Assembly: GCA_051382295.1 (NCBI GenBank)
Contig: JBBCAW010000062.1
Location: 1 to 64,000, forward strand
Direction: 5' to 3'
Length of the DNA stretch: 64,000 nt
From: Bdellovibrionota bacterium FG-1
GTDB taxonomy: Bacteria; Bdellovibrionota; UBA1018
The notes below the pieces were generated by a model, which had not been told where the DNA came from, did not search any database, and was given only the letters and a program-made list of their open reading frames with translations. This document shows, one piece after another, positions 48,504 to 59,505 of this stretch (the stretch's first letter is position 1; each line of letters starts with the position of its first letter). The position numbers were made by a program, and so were the translations under genes.

Positions 48504-49384
48504 CGCAGCTTAGCACGACGGGAGCGTGCGCGAAAAAACCGCACCACCGCCTCGCCGTAATCCTCCTGGGTCAGAACTCGCAGAGCTTCAACTTTGCCAC
48601 TCTTAAATGCCGTTTCGCGATCAGTCTCAAATTCACTTCGATGATCCTCAAGCCATTTTTTGAAGGCATAAGACGAAGTATCTACCCAGCTCTCCTGCCC
48701 GGTCTCGGGATCCACCAAAATGACCTGTCCCACTTCGGGTACCTCTCGTTCTCTGGCATCGCCGACCGCAACAGCGACCACATCGTGTTTTCGAGATAAA
48801 CGCTTAAGTGCCACATCGTAGCCCGTGGCCATAAAATCACTAATGACAAACACCACGCCCGAGTGTTTCATGATCCGCCCGGCCGCATCCAGTGCGCCCT
48901 TGAGGTCGGTTCCGCGGGTCTTAGGCTGAAAACTCAGAACATCCCGAATAACCCGCAGAATATGTTGTTTGCCTTTTTTGGGAGGAATGATTTTTTCAAC
49001 TTGGCCGCCAAAAAGCAAAACACCCACCTTATCACCTGTGTGAACGGCCGCATAAGCCAACATTCCAGCGATTTCAGCGGCCATCTCGGCCTTAAGCTTT
49101 TTGGAAGAACCAAAATTTTTAGAACCAGAAACATCAACAATCAAAAATACGGTAAGCTCCCGTTCTTCTTCATATTTTTTAATAAGCGGTTCACGTGAAC
49201 GCGCACTCACTTTCCAATCAATATGTCGAATATCATCCCCAGGCAAATAGACTCGATGCTCGGAAAATTGAACACCTTGTCCTTTGAAGGCACTCCGATA
49301 ACTACCGGACATGACGTCATCCACCATCTTGCGCGTGGTGATCTCGATCAATCGCACCTTGCGGATTAGCTCGTCAGGAAGCAT
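48500..49384 (-). CDS. DUF58 protein
   Basis: FSEHRVY.PGDDIRHIDWKVSAR, DVSGS, ISDF. Confidence 0.92.
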   Translation of the reverse strand: MLPDELIRKVRLIEITTRKMVDDVMSGSYRSAFKGQGVQFSEHRVYLPGDDIRHIDWKVSARSREPLIKKYEEERELTVFLIVDVSGSKNFGSSKKLKAEMAAEIAGMLAYAAVHTGDKVGVLLFGGQVEKIIPPKKGKQHILRVIRDVLSFQPKTRGTDLKGALDAAGRIMKHSGVVFVISDFMATGYDVALKRLSRKHDVVAVAVGDAREREVPEVGQVILVDPETGQESWVDTSSYAFKKWLEDHRSEFETDRETAFKSGKVEALRVLTQEDYGEAVVRFFRARSRRAKLR

Positions 49385-49407
49385 CCTGCCAAACTCCTCT
49401 CATTCAA

Positions 49408-50400
49408 TTATGGCACTTCCACGTGTTCAAGGATTTTGCGAACCAACTGTTCGCTATCCACACCGTCAGCCTCAGCTTCGAAGGACACCAAAATACGATG
49501 TCTCAAGACATCGTAGGCCACGGACTTAACATCCTCTGGCGTCACAAAGCCGCGATGATGCATAAAAGCGTTCGCTCGGGCTGCTTTGGCCAAAGCCAAA
49601 GTGGCGCGTGGACTTGCCCCGACCTGAATTTGTTGTTTGAGTTGGGGCACGCCAAATTTATCGGGAAAACGTGTCGCAAACACCAAAGCTAGAATGTAGT
49701 CCTTGAGTTTTTCATCCATATAAATCTTAGCGCAGATCTCACGGGCTTCGAGAATCGTTTGAGGATGACAAACCTTACTCGCTTTCGGCGGCTGAACAGC
49801 AGACATTCGGTTCAAGATATTTTTTTCTTCAGCTAAGGTGGGGTAGCCGACCTTCACCTTAAAAAGAAACCTGTCAAGCTGAGCCTCAGGCAAAGGATAA
49901 GTCCCTTCCTGTTCAATCGGATTTTGAGTCGCCAACACGATAAAGGGGTCAGCCATCGGATAAGTCGTCTCACCGATTGTAACTTGATGTTCTCCCATCG
50001 CTTCCAACAGCGCGCTCTGAACCTTGGCTGGTGCACGATTGATTTCATCCGCCAAAACCAGATTCGTAAAAATCGGCCCTTTGCGGATCGAAAAGTCTCC
50101 GGTTTTTTGGTTAAAAATCATCGTGCCAATCAAATCTGACGGCAAAAGATCAGGGGTGAATTGGATGCGTTGAAAGTCAGCATGAATAATGTCAGCTAAA
50201 GTCTTGATCGTCAGCGTCTTGGCAAGGCCCGGAAGCCCTTCCAGCAAAACATGCCCGTCACATAACAGTGCCTGTAGCAGACGCTCAACCAGGAGTTTTT
50301 GTCCGACGATGACTTTACTCGCTTCATTGAGTACAACATCGACAAACTGACTTCGTTGCTTGATCTCTTCGGTAAGGGACTGAACATCGATAGTAGCCAT
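49408..50400 (-). CDS. moxR: MoxR AAA+ ATPase
   Basis: GLPGLAKT, RIQFTPDLLPSD, DEINRA, NPIEQEGTYPLPEAQLDRF. Confidence 0.95.
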   Translation of the reverse strand: MATIDVQSLTEEIKQRSQFVDVVLNEASKVIVGQKLLVERLLQALLCDGHVLLEGLPGLAKTLTIKTLADIIHADFQRIQFTPDLLPSDLIGTMIFNQKTGDFSIRKGPIFTNLVLADEINRAPAKVQSALLEAMGEHQVTIGETTYPMADPFIVLATQNPIEQEGTYPLPEAQLDRFLFKVKVGYPTLAEEKNILNRMSAVQPPKASKVCHPQTILEAREICAKIYMDEKLKDYILALVFATRFPDKFGVPQLKQQIQVGASPRATLALAKAARANAFMHHRGFVTPEDVKSVAYDVLRHRILVSFEAEADGVDSEQLVRKILEHVEVP

Positions 50401-50434
50401 ATGGGCAAAGTATACTCACAACTATCCCCCCCGT

Positions 50435-53400
50435 CTAGCGATTCAGAGCCCTCCGAGCCTCCGAAAAAAAGGCGCCGAGCTCCCCATCTTGAATATGACT
50501 ACTCAGGGTTTTGAAAATACCCATGACTCCCTCTGGGTTTCGTCGACCTAACAAGAAAAACTGGTCCAATTCACCCTTCTCCAGGCGTTCGGCCAAATAA
50601 AGCCGAATTTTTAACGCGGTTATTTTTGCCATAGGATCAGGGTCTCGCTCCTCAAAAAAATCCAAAGCACCTCGACCCAACCTATCCAAGCCGAGCGCCC
50701 CATACTCTGGCAAACTGGTCAAGATGCCCCACCGTGCATTCACCTCTTGCCATGCCTCGCGCGCCCCCTGGGTATCCTCGTCCACGGCACGCAAAACATT
50801 CAAACCATCCACTGCCAATGTGGACTCCTCAAAAAATTCTCGAATCAAATCTCCCAAATGTTCCTTAGTGGGTTGATCGGTATCCTCATAGAGGGCCCTC
50901 ATCAGATCAGCGATCTTCTTTGATCGCAGCAACCCTTCTATCTTATCCGTATTTTGCGCAAGATAACTTAAATGCGCGTGTAATACAGCACCCCCTGTCT
51001 TAACAACCGGTTGAATTAAACCCAGTGGTCCCGCTTGAGCCAAGGCAAAAAAAGCCATCTGCCTCATTCGGGTATTTTCACGCCCCCACTCAGAGCGAAT
51101 TCGATTCACCTCGTCTACAGACTTTCCTTGAATTTCTTTACTATGTGCGTCATCAAGACTGCGCCCCTCTGCTGCATCGATCACACCAAAGATATTTTTA
51201 AGTACACCCCAAATCAACTCGTGCTTAGAATCCAGCAAAGGATCAACCAAAGAATGAGCCGTGTAATGTGGGTGAACGGGATCCTGCGGGTTATCTACCG
51301 TGGTCGCGCCCTCCATCAGCGAATCAAAAAAATCGACTACCCGAGAATCGTCCACACTCCACCCTTTTAAATGTCGCGTCGCTTCACGGGTTAAGCCCAA
51401 TCGCACAAGCCGATTGATCACCGAGAGGTTGTTTTTAAAGCCGTCGGCAACACGATGAAAATCCGCCTTTTGATATTCATCTGGGGTACTATAATAAAGC
51501 TGATAAAACAGATCCCTCATGATTCGCATTCCATTGACGAATTTTCCGCCCTGACCAAGCGGATAACCTCGTCGAGGCAGATTTTCTTCCAACACACTCA
51601 GCACCTGCTCAAGATTAAACAAGTAGCGACGCATCTGAGGAATATCAAAACCCGGCATCCAGCGAGGAACACCTACCGTATGAGGGGTAGGATCCCAGAC
51701 CTCCTCTGGATCTCCCTCTTGCTGACAAGACGGTAAATTTGGCAAACCTACCACATGCAAAAACATGTTTTTAGTGCCGATAATATCATGAACCGCCTCC
51801 GCCAAAGTAGGCGGTCGAGAACCTCGATATTTCTCTCGAATGTTTTGGGGCCAGGATTCTCTTGGCTCATCCCCCCAGGCATCGGCCACTTTCGACAAAA
51901 ATAACAAACTGAAATTACGATGGTTGCCAAAATCTGGCAAAAACCGCCCCGGAACAAAAGGCCAGATGCTCCAAAAATCCGCGTTCATGAGCACGAGTTC
52001 AAATCGATCCATCGTGCTCACCAGCCTCACGCGTGGTCGAGCCTCACCTGGAAAAAAATAAGAAATCAAACGGTGATCATCCGATCGATCCATCAGAAAT
52101 TTTCGCAACTCATCCCGATGGTAATGTTGAAACTCATTGGGCACGGTTTGGCCGTCTGGCAGCGTGAAATAGCGCAACACGTTCAACATGCTATCCAGCA
52201 CACCGCCCTCACCCACCTTGGTCAGCACATCGTCCAATTGACCCTTAAATTCTTCCAAAGTCCAATCTCGACGTTGCGAACCTCCTACGAGATCCCAAGT
52301 GGTAATGGCCTGTTCCCAATCATCGATAATCTGATGAGTGCGCTGTTGTTTAAATCTCTCGATATCACCCATCGTCGAATGCGACGGAAGGCCATCACAC
52401 TCCTTATTCCACACCCGTCGCTTGATGCGTTCTCGATCATATTCACTCAAGGGACCCACGAGTTCAACCTCGGGTTTACTGTCCAATAATCCGTCCATAT
52501 AGCGCAAAATTCGGACAAAATCGTCGCGCCGAAAAACACGTGCTACAAAACCTTCCAACCGCCGGATTGAAGGCCTGATTCGCTCATCCATCACCGGCCT
52601 GAGTAACTCCACCACAGGCGCCACCACCGACTCGACCCGGCCCGGAATGCCCTTCACAAAAAGTGGAATCGCATCCAAGCCTTTAAAAATGCGCTGATCA
52701 TCTACGAGCTGAGAAAAACGGTTGACCAAAAATCCAAACTCCTGCGCTCCTAGCGCATGGGCGCCCGCCCCGATCTGACCGACAAAATCCATCCCAAAAC
52801 TAAAGAAATCTCGCCCATCTTCCGTCTTTTCTGACCGCAAAAGCTTCAACGCGTCCTCAAGGTCGTCATGACGACTGTCCGAATTAATGCAATGAGCGAA
52901 GTGATCGAGTTCTTTCTCGAAGTCCCGATCGCGAGTGTTTACCAGCGACACACGCAGATCAAGCTGGCGACAATCCGAATTAGCCAGGGAGAACTCCTCG
53001 CGCTTGCCGAAATGGTTTAAATCAGCCGAAATCAGGTTATGCCGCGCACGAGGGATAAACACTGGCTCAGAAGTCAAATGAATTTCCATTTTTCCTTGAC
53101 TAGAAAATTTATGAAAAACTGAAAGCATCGCGCCCATCAGCTCCTTCAGTCTTCCATCCTTGGCCATATTCGAAAAAAGCCGAATCGACGCCTGAAATTC
53201 CTGCAGGTCTGACATCAAAAACAGGGTATTGAAAAGTTCCTGATTGGAATTAGCCTCTGACAAAATTTCTCGAACTAAGTCCACAACCGGATGCACATCA
53301 TTGACATAGTAAGCCTGTCTTAGAGCAATCAGGGCTGGCTCAAGCATTTTTCGGTCTGTTGCCAAAAAATGGCGCATACTGAAAATAAAATTGTAAAAGC

Positions 53401-54895
53401 TTTGTCGCGAATTCCGCGATACTGCCCGACTGAGCACATCGTAAACGCTTTCTTTATCCCCCTGAGAGCCCAAGGTCTTTTCAACCAAAAAACCAAGCTC
53501 GCTCCGAATCCCTGCCCGATCCGCCTCACGGGGGACCGAAAGCAGCAGAACCAGATCTTCCCATGCATGACGGTCCGTTAATTCAGCCAAAACGGGAAGA
53601 AGTCGTTTAAGTCCCGCGGTATTTTCGGAAGGACCTCCCACTGCTGCGTATTCGGCGCTGCCGGTGTCCGATAAAAGATCGACCACCATCTTAGTCATTT
53701 TTGGACTGACTCCCTGAGTGGCCTTGATGATATCCACAACGGGTTCGATAGCTGCAGTATCCGCTAGCGAAACGATCGCTGGATAAAAATCACCCAGTTG
53801 GCGTGGCAACTCACAAATAGGATTGAGCGCCATCAAAGTCAGGGGATTGGACCGTTTCAAAAAAGATGAGGCACTCGGAGTTTCAAGCCGTACCAACTCA
53901 TCCACCATGAACATTGCACCATCGGAAACTGAAACACCGCCCTTCAGACAGGAAATCGGACGATGCGAGTAATGCAAAAGAGAGCTCAGTCCATCCAGCA
54001 ACTGAGCATTATGAGACAGGGTCACGTCCAAAATCGACGCCAATCTGGGTACGGTTAAACCCAAGCGAGCGACATCGGATCCCAATACGGCTGGGTTATC
54101 CAAAACCGAAAAAAAGTTTCCAGAGATCACTTCGCCAATCAACTTGTTCCCGGCATCCACATGCCGGGGATCTCCAATGTCCTGCAAGTAACCCAGGACA
54201 CCATCGGTCAAATCGCGAAGTTTTCGACCCGATAAACTATCGCCGTGGAAACGCTCTTGCAGCGCACCAAAGGACCGCGCCTGCGCAATAGTCAACGCAG
54301 CATCCGTGAAGTCAGAGATATGATCGAGGGACAAACGCGTCGATAGCCGTTCGATCGCCAACAAAAGCGTGCGATCCGCCGAGAAATTCGAAGTTCCCCC
54401 CTCTTCGTTAAATCCTTCCTTCAATAAAGCAATCGAACTTGAGACAAACTCCTCATTTTCCAAAAGTCGGCCGAATTCCACCAAACTGTTATCTAATATT
54501 TTTTTTTCGCTCAACGTTTCAAAAGTCCGCTCCAGCTGAAAAAGAAGCTTTCGGTCGTTTAAAAGGTATCGATTGACAATCCGAACGAGCGGCTGCAAAT
54601 CAACATCCGCCAGCCGACTCGTCAAATTTTCTATTGGCTCAATCGCGCCATGGGAATTAAAACAATGAATAAGCCGTCTAAAAATCGGAACATCTAGACT
54701 AGGGCTCGAAATGTCGATCCCAGAGCAGCTCGTATTCACCCGTCGGTAGCCCGGTGTATTTACAACTCCACCGTCTTGACTTTCACCCCAGAACGTCGCC
54801 GGGGAACACCCGTCCAAGGCTACACAGAGGCCCAAAAGGGCAGTAAATTTACAAAAAGTCTTAAAATTCAACCACACAACGCGGTGTAGTATCAT
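50435..54895 (-). CDS. Very large alpha-helical putative lipoprotein of unknown function
   Basis: 1486-aa ORF, lipobox-like LDG|C. Confidence 0.7.
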   Translation of the reverse strand: MILHRVVWLNFKTFCKFTALLGLCVALDGCSPATFWGESQDGGVVNTPGYRRVNTSCSGIDISSPSLDVPIFRRLIHCFNSHGAIEPIENLTSRLADVDLQPLVRIVNRYLLNDRKLLFQLERTFETLSEKKILDNSLVEFGRLLENEEFVSSSIALLKEGFNEEGGTSNFSADRTLLLAIERLSTRLSLDHISDFTDAALTIAQARSFGALQERFHGDSLSGRKLRDLTDGVLGYLQDIGDPRHVDAGNKLIGEVISGNFFSVLDNPAVLGSDVARLGLTVPRLASILDVTLSHNAQLLDGLSSLLHYSHRPISCLKGGVSVSDGAMFMVDELVRLETPSASSFLKRSNPLTLMALNPICELPRQLGDFYPAIVSLADTAAIEPVVDIIKATQGVSPKMTKMVVDLLSDTGSAEYAAVGGPSENTAGLKRLLPVLAELTDRHAWEDLVLLLSVPREADRAGIRSELGFLVEKTLGSQGDKESVYDVLSRAVSRNSRQSFYNFIFSMRHFLATDRKMLEPALIALRQAYYVNDVHPVVDLVREILSEANSNQELFNTLFLMSDLQEFQASIRLFSNMAKDGRLKELMGAMLSVFHKFSSQGKMEIHLTSEPVFIPRARHNLISADLNHFGKREEFSLANSDCRQLDLRVSLVNTRDRDFEKELDHFAHCINSDSRHDDLEDALKLLRSEKTEDGRDFFSFGMDFVGQIGAGAHALGAQEFGFLVNRFSQLVDDQRIFKGLDAIPLFVKGIPGRVESVVAPVVELLRPVMDERIRPSIRRLEGFVARVFRRDDFVRILRYMDGLLDSKPEVELVGPLSEYDRERIKRRVWNKECDGLPSHSTMGDIERFKQQRTHQIIDDWEQAITTWDLVGGSQRRDWTLEEFKGQLDDVLTKVGEGGVLDSMLNVLRYFTLPDGQTVPNEFQHYHRDELRKFLMDRSDDHRLISYFFPGEARPRVRLVSTMDRFELVLMNADFWSIWPFVPGRFLPDFGNHRNFSLLFLSKVADAWGDEPRESWPQNIREKYRGSRPPTLAEAVHDIIGTKNMFLHVVGLPNLPSCQQEGDPEEVWDPTPHTVGVPRWMPGFDIPQMRRYLFNLEQVLSVLEENLPRRGYPLGQGGKFVNGMRIMRDLFYQLYYSTPDEYQKADFHRVADGFKNNLSVINRLVRLGLTREATRHLKGWSVDDSRVVDFFDSLMEGATTVDNPQDPVHPHYTAHSLVDPLLDSKHELIWGVLKNIFGVIDAAEGRSLDDAHSKEIQGKSVDEVNRIRSEWGRENTRMRQMAFFALAQAGPLGLIQPVVKTGGAVLHAHLSYLAQNTDKIEGLLRSKKIADLMRALYEDTDQPTKEHLGDLIREFFEESTLAVDGLNVLRAVDEDTQGAREAWQEVNARWGILTSLPEYGALGLDRLGRGALDFFEERDPDPMAKITALKIRLYLAERLEKGELDQFFLLGRRNPEGVMGIFKTLSSHIQDGELGAFFSEARRALNR

Positions 54896-55020
54896 TCCAT
54901 ACTAAATTAATCAACGATAGAAACAAAGAGCATACTTTCCTCATGATATCAACACTTTCTACTTGTATCAGACCCCTGGTTTTCGATATGAATAAACTGA
55001 AAAAATAGGAGATCTCTAAA

Positions 55021-55395
55021 ATGGCTCAGACTGGTTCTTCTAAAAAAAATAAGTCCCGTGTTTCCCAAGTTCTCGATCAGGCTCGAGAATCCCTTAAGCT
55101 CCTAGAAACTCTTGAAAAAGAAACCTTGGCCAAGGCCAAGACCTTTGTTCGTAATCCGCTTCAGGCCGAACGACGCAAAAAAATGGCCAATGAGAAAATT
55201 TTGGCCAAATTTAAAACGATGGGCGTCGCCACCTCGACCGAAGTTCGTGCTCTTGAAGAAAAAATCGAGAGACTCGAAAGAGAGTTTGCCGCACTTCAGG
55301 CCATGGTCGCTGAATCACAACTCAAACGAGCTGCCAAGGCAGCGAATAAGACAGCACCAACTCCTCCATCGACGGAAACATTTCCGAATACTTAA
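55021..55395 (+). CDS. Phasin/PhaF-like coiled-coil protein
   Basis: MGVATSTEVRALEEKIERLE motif; AGGAG SD. Confidence 0.55.
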   Translation: MAQTGSSKKNKSRVSQVLDQARESLKLLETLEKETLAKAKTFVRNPLQAERRKKMANEKILAKFKTMGVATSTEVRALEEKIERLEREFAALQAMVAESQLKRAAKAANKTAPTPPSTETFPNT

Positions 55396-56924
55396 AACCC
55401 CACCTGATCGCCTCTATCGGGCCGCGGCGGATGTACCGGCGTCCCTGGGGCATCGCTGGCTAGATTCGCAAACAAGGTGTATTCGGATAGCCAAGCCAGC
55501 CGAATCGTAGCGGTTTCACCGGCACGGTGTTTGCCGACAATCAGCTCCGCAATGCCTTTTTCTTCAGTGTCTTTATTGTACACTTCATCACGATAGATGA
55601 AGCACACCATATCGGCGTCTTGCTCGATTGCGCCGGACTCACGCAAATCCGAAAGCATCGGACGCTTATTAGGACGTTGCTCAAGACCGCGATTCAGCTG
55701 CGAAAGTGCGATAATCGGCACCTTGAGCTCTTTAGCGAGATTTTTTAGGCCTCGACTGATTTCCGAAATTTCTTGCTCGCGCGAGCCACTCGCTTTTGCG
55801 TTGCGCGACCCCTGCATCAACTGAAGATAATCGATCACAATCAAATCGAGCTTTTTCTCAGTAGCCAGAAGCCGCCGACAACGCGATCGGATGTCCATCA
55901 CCGTAATGCCAGCCGCATCATCAATAAAAATCTTAGCCTTTGAAAGCTGATCAGCCGCCTGGGCTAACCGCGCCCACTCACGATCCGCAATTCGTCCGAC
56001 CTTAAGTCGCTTTGCATCAATTCGAGACATCCCCGAAAGAAAACGCATCCCCAGTTCATCTTTGGTCATCTCAAGAGAAAAAATACTCACCACCGACTTT
56101 GAATGCACTGCCATGTGTTGAGCCATCGACAAAAACATCGATGTTTTTCCCATCGCAGGCCGTGCCGCCAAGACAATCAACTGTCCAGGGCGCATTCCGC
56201 CGGTCAGCTTATCGAAATCGGTAAAGCCCGTCGGAACCCCGATCACATCGGTTTTTCGCGAAGCAAGTTCCTCAATCGTATGCATGTTGGCGACAAGGAT
56301 TTCCTGCATACTCGACATCGTGTCGACTTTGCCGGTATCAGCGACATTGAGAATTTTCGTCTCAACCTCGTCCATAAAGGCTTCCGTATCCTCGATGCCT
56401 TCGTATGCTCGTGCTGCGATTTCAGACGAAGTGTCGATCACCCGACGTAGCAACGCCTTCTCGCGCACAATGCGAGCATAATGGCTCACATTCCCAATCG
56501 CGAAGGTGTCCTCAAAGAGGCTCGTTAAAATCGCACTTCCACCCACCGCCTCATACCAGCCCTTATCGCGCAAGGTCGAGGTCAGAGTGACCAAGTCGGC
56601 CGGCTCTCCCCGACTGACAAGGGCGTAAATCGCATCAAAGATTTTTTGATGCCGCTCATGATAGAAATCGCGGCCCTCGAGACCGACTTCAGAAATTCGA
56701 TAGACTGATTCGTTATTCAGAAGGCAAGCACCTAAAACAGAGCGCTCAGCCTCAAGATTATGAGGTGGAATCCTTCCCCCTGGAGAGCCCGACTTGGACG
56801 AACCAGTCGTCTCCCAAAAAGGAGCCGTAGACACACTCGCAGTACTACCCGATTTTCGAGTAGACTTATCCCAATCGCCAGAAGGCGGATAAAATCCGTC
56901 CCCCGGTCCATTCCCCCCAGACAT
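55392..56924 (-). CDS. dnaB: Replicative DNA helicase
   Basis: PPHNLEAE, AARPAMGKT, IDYLQL, SDLRESGAIEQDAD. Confidence 0.97.
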   Translation of the reverse strand: MSGGNGPGDGFYPPSGDWDKSTRKSGSTASVSTAPFWETTGSSKSGSPGGRIPPHNLEAERSVLGACLLNNESVYRISEVGLEGRDFYHERHQKIFDAIYALVSRGEPADLVTLTSTLRDKGWYEAVGGSAILTSLFEDTFAIGNVSHYARIVREKALLRRVIDTSSEIAARAYEGIEDTEAFMDEVETKILNVADTGKVDTMSSMQEILVANMHTIEELASRKTDVIGVPTGFTDFDKLTGGMRPGQLIVLAARPAMGKTSMFLSMAQHMAVHSKSVVSIFSLEMTKDELGMRFLSGMSRIDAKRLKVGRIADREWARLAQAADQLSKAKIFIDDAAGITVMDIRSRCRRLLATEKKLDLIVIDYLQLMQGSRNAKASGSREQEISEISRGLKNLAKELKVPIIALSQLNRGLEQRPNKRPMLSDLRESGAIEQDADMVCFIYRDEVYNKDTEEKGIAELIVGKHRAGETATIRLAWLSEYTLFANLASDAPGTPVHPPRPDRGDQVGF

Positions 56925-56942
56925 GATGGGATCTCCTAAAAC

Positions 56943-57389
56943 TTATTGTTCTTTTACAACCCAAACTTTAACGGTGGCCGTAACATCAGCATCGAGACGA
57001 ATGGTCACAGGATGCACACCCAAGCTCTTAATAGGATGCTCGAGAATGATATCCTGTTTTTCGATCGGATAGCCAGCCTTTACAAGAGCCGACGAAATAT
57101 CGCTGGAGGTTACAGAACCAAACAACTTATCGTGTTCGCCAGTCTTGCAACCAATGGTGCAAGAAAAGTCAGCCAATTTTTTGGCCAGCTCATCGGCAGA
57201 AGCACGAGCCAAAAGGCGCTTCTTTTCCAATGTTTTTTTGTGATGCTCGATAACAGCAATATTTTTAGCATCAGCAGCGACCACTAGACTTCGCGGCAAA
57301 AGAAAATTGCGGGCGTAGCCATCGGAAACATTAACGACATCACCGATACGACCCAGTTTAGCCACATTTTCACGCAAAACGACCAGCAT
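56943..57389 (-). CDS. rplI: 50S ribosomal protein L9
   Basis: LGRIGDVVNVSDGYARNFLLP, KLFGSVT. Confidence 0.97.
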   Translation of the reverse strand: MLVVLRENVAKLGRIGDVVNVSDGYARNFLLPRSLVVAADAKNIAVIEHHKKTLEKKRLLARASADELAKKLADFSCTIGCKTGEHDKLFGSVTSSDISSALVKAGYPIEKQDIILEHPIKSLGVHPVTIRLDADVTATVKVWVVKEQ

Positions 57390-57437
57390 TGCTTAAACTC
57401 CTTGAAAGAAAAAAACCAAAACCTTTGATATGTCAGC

Positions 57438-58451
57438 CTAAGATGACTGCCTGAACTTGCTCCGAAAGTCAAACCAGAGGTCAAAGAACCCAAGGCTCAA
57501 TAGCAGAGGCATCATCAGAAAAGTCGCAATCAAAAAACCGACTGTTCGAAAGAACCCACGAACCTTCCACAAATCAAAAAAGAAGCTCAAAACACTCAAG
57601 CCCTGAATGGCATAAATCGCCATAAAAAACCTGAACAAATTCAGCGATATATACGAAATCCGCCCTACTTCCACGATCAAAAAAAACGCCGTAACAATCG
57701 TTGGCCACACCAGCCATTCTGGAGCCTTCCACTCGCGCAAAAACCGGGCATTAAGTCCCATTTTGTCACGAATCCCTGCAGGATTAATTCGAAGCAACGT
57801 TACGAGGTTAGCCCACACCAGGACCAGAGCAAAAACAGCGACGGCAGAAGGGAACTCCCGAAACAAGTTTTTCTTCCATTCATCGATATCCCCAGGACTT
57901 AACGAGGACCCATTTGACATGGATTGCTGCAAAAAATCAACCATCGCAGAGATCTGCAAACGGACCTCTTGCATCCAGTTCACTGAGTGTCCAAAAGAAT
58001 ACCAAGCCAATACCACAACCCCGCAAACACCCGCCGTAACCAAACTCATTGCGGCTATTTTCTCTAAAGACTTTCGACGATCAATCCCCTCGCTCATAGA
58101 AACGGCTACGGCCACGACAAAAATAAAGTAAAACGCAAGACTAACCGTCCCTGCGGCGACGCCGACGATGAGACTATTAGTTAAAATCGCAATGAATGAC
58201 CACTTTCGACCCGCCCGAAACCGTAAAAAAAGAATCGGAAGCGGTGCGAAAATTGAAAACAAGGCGCTCAAAAAAAAGAAGGCGCTCAGAAAAAAAGGAA
58301 CTACTCTCAACCATAAAGGCGTCGAGATCGGCTTTCTTCCTGGCATTCCATCTGGAAGTCCGGAAACTTCATCTCCACCCCGAGACGTACCGAGACCCGA
58401 AACGTTCGAATCCGAAGGCTGATGATGAAGCGAAGTTTCCGACGATTCCAT
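57438..58451 (-). CDS. DUF2232/YybS membrane protein
   Basis: Multi-TM, QGLS, LGFFDLWFDFR; lies between rpsR and rplI. Confidence 0.85.
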   Translation of the reverse strand: MESSETSLHHQPSDSNVSGLGTSRGGDEVSGLPDGMPGRKPISTPLWLRVVPFFLSAFFFLSALFSIFAPLPILFLRFRAGRKWSFIAILTNSLIVGVAAGTVSLAFYFIFVVAVAVSMSEGIDRRKSLEKIAAMSLVTAGVCGVVVLAWYSFGHSVNWMQEVRLQISAMVDFLQQSMSNGSSLSPGDIDEWKKNLFREFPSAVAVFALVLVWANLVTLLRINPAGIRDKMGLNARFLREWKAPEWLVWPTIVTAFFLIVEVGRISYISLNLFRFFMAIYAIQGLSVLSFFFDLWKVRGFFRTVGFLIATFLMMPLLLSLGFFDLWFDFRSKFRQSS

Positions 58452-58459
58452 AATTGAGC

Positions 58460-58768
58460 TTAGTTGCCCATCGACACGTAGCCAACGAGCGCAAGATTGC
58501 GGGCGCGCTTAACCGAAGAGGTCAGGGCACGCTGATGTAACGCACAGTTTCCAGAGATTCGGCGCGGAACGATCTTCCCATGCTCGGTCACAAAGGACTG
58601 CATCATGCGAATATCTTTATAATCCATGACAAAATCCTGATCGGAGCAGAAACGGCAGACTTTCTTACGAGTAAAGCTGCGGCGCCCGCCGCCATCGGCA
58701 TCTTTGTCCTGACGATCAGAGCGGTCGTCTCGGTCGCGCATATCGGTTTTCAAGTGGGTTGTAGCCAT
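58460..58768 (-). CDS. rpsR: 30S ribosomal protein S18
   Basis: [29 protein letters not shown]. Confidence 0.97.
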   Translation of the reverse strand: MATTHLKTDMRDRDDRSDRQDKDADGGGRRSFTRKKVCRFCSDQDFVMDYKDIRMMQSFVTEHGKIVPRRISGNCALHQRALTSSVKRARNLALVGYVSMGN

Positions 58769-58812
58769 TGAGTATATCCTCTTTAAAAAATTGTATTTCT
58801 TTAGATCTCGCC

Positions 58813-59337
58813 TTAAATCTCGTCTGACTCAACATCGCTAACGTCGTCCACGACATCAGGGGCTGGTCCGCGATGACGGCTTTCCGAATGACCTCGATCA
58901 TCTCCGTAGCCACGCCGCTCTTGCATGCGCTCTTCACGACGAGCTTCACGTTCCTCTTCACGACGCTTGGCAGCGGCATGGAGTTCGGCACGGCGCTTAG
59001 CAAAAACCTCACCGTCAAATTCTTTTTCCAAATTCACGGTCAAGAAGCGAAGCACGTGCTCATGGAGACGAAGATTACGTTCAATTTCATGAACGATGTC
59101 ACTGGTGCCAGTATACACAAAATAGGTATATTGCCCACGAGCCTCTTTGTGGATCGGATAAGCCAGCTTACGCTTACCCCAGTCTTCTTGCAGTACGACT
59201 TGTCCTTTATAAGCGGACACTACGCCATTCAAACGTTCCTGCAGTACCTTTAAGGCATCATCGGACATCTCAGCGCGAGTAATAAAGGTCGTTTCGTAAC
59301 CGGGCAAAATACTTGCACCGGCAGTTTCATTTGCCAT
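58813..59337 (-). CDS. rpsF: 30S ribosomal protein S6
   Basis: [21 protein letters not shown]. Confidence 0.97.
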   Translation of the reverse strand: MANETAGASILPGYETTFITRAEMSDDALKVLQERLNGVVSAYKGQVVLQEDWGKRKLAYPIHKEARGQYTYFVYTGTSDIVHEIERNLRLHEHVLRFLTVNLEKEFDGEVFAKRRAELHAAAKRREEEREARREERMQERRGYGDDRGHSESRHRGPAPDVVDDVSDVESDEI

Positions 59338-59339
59338 AA

Positions 59340-59435
59340 CTTCTCTCCTTTTGGTTAATGAACCGACTTATGGTTTTCCGGCTCAAAAGCCCATTTGCCT
59401 GAAATCAATGACCAGACACCTGAGCAAGGTTAACT
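59340..59435 (-). promoter_or_regulatory. Possible S6:S18-binding rpsF leader RNA
   Basis: CCTTGCTC...GAGC leader motif upstream of the rpsF SD; recalled similarity only, not folded. Confidence 0.3.
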
Positions 59436-59505
59436 GAGCAGCAGGATGCCACTCTTCTTCGTTTAAAGAAGCGGTGGAATTAACACAACGATTGGGGATT
59501 ATCCA

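Noticed and set aside
58460..59337. No ssb/priB between rpsF and rpsR
   Set aside because: rpsF-rpsR-DUF2232-rplI-dnaB is a normal arrangement in this group.
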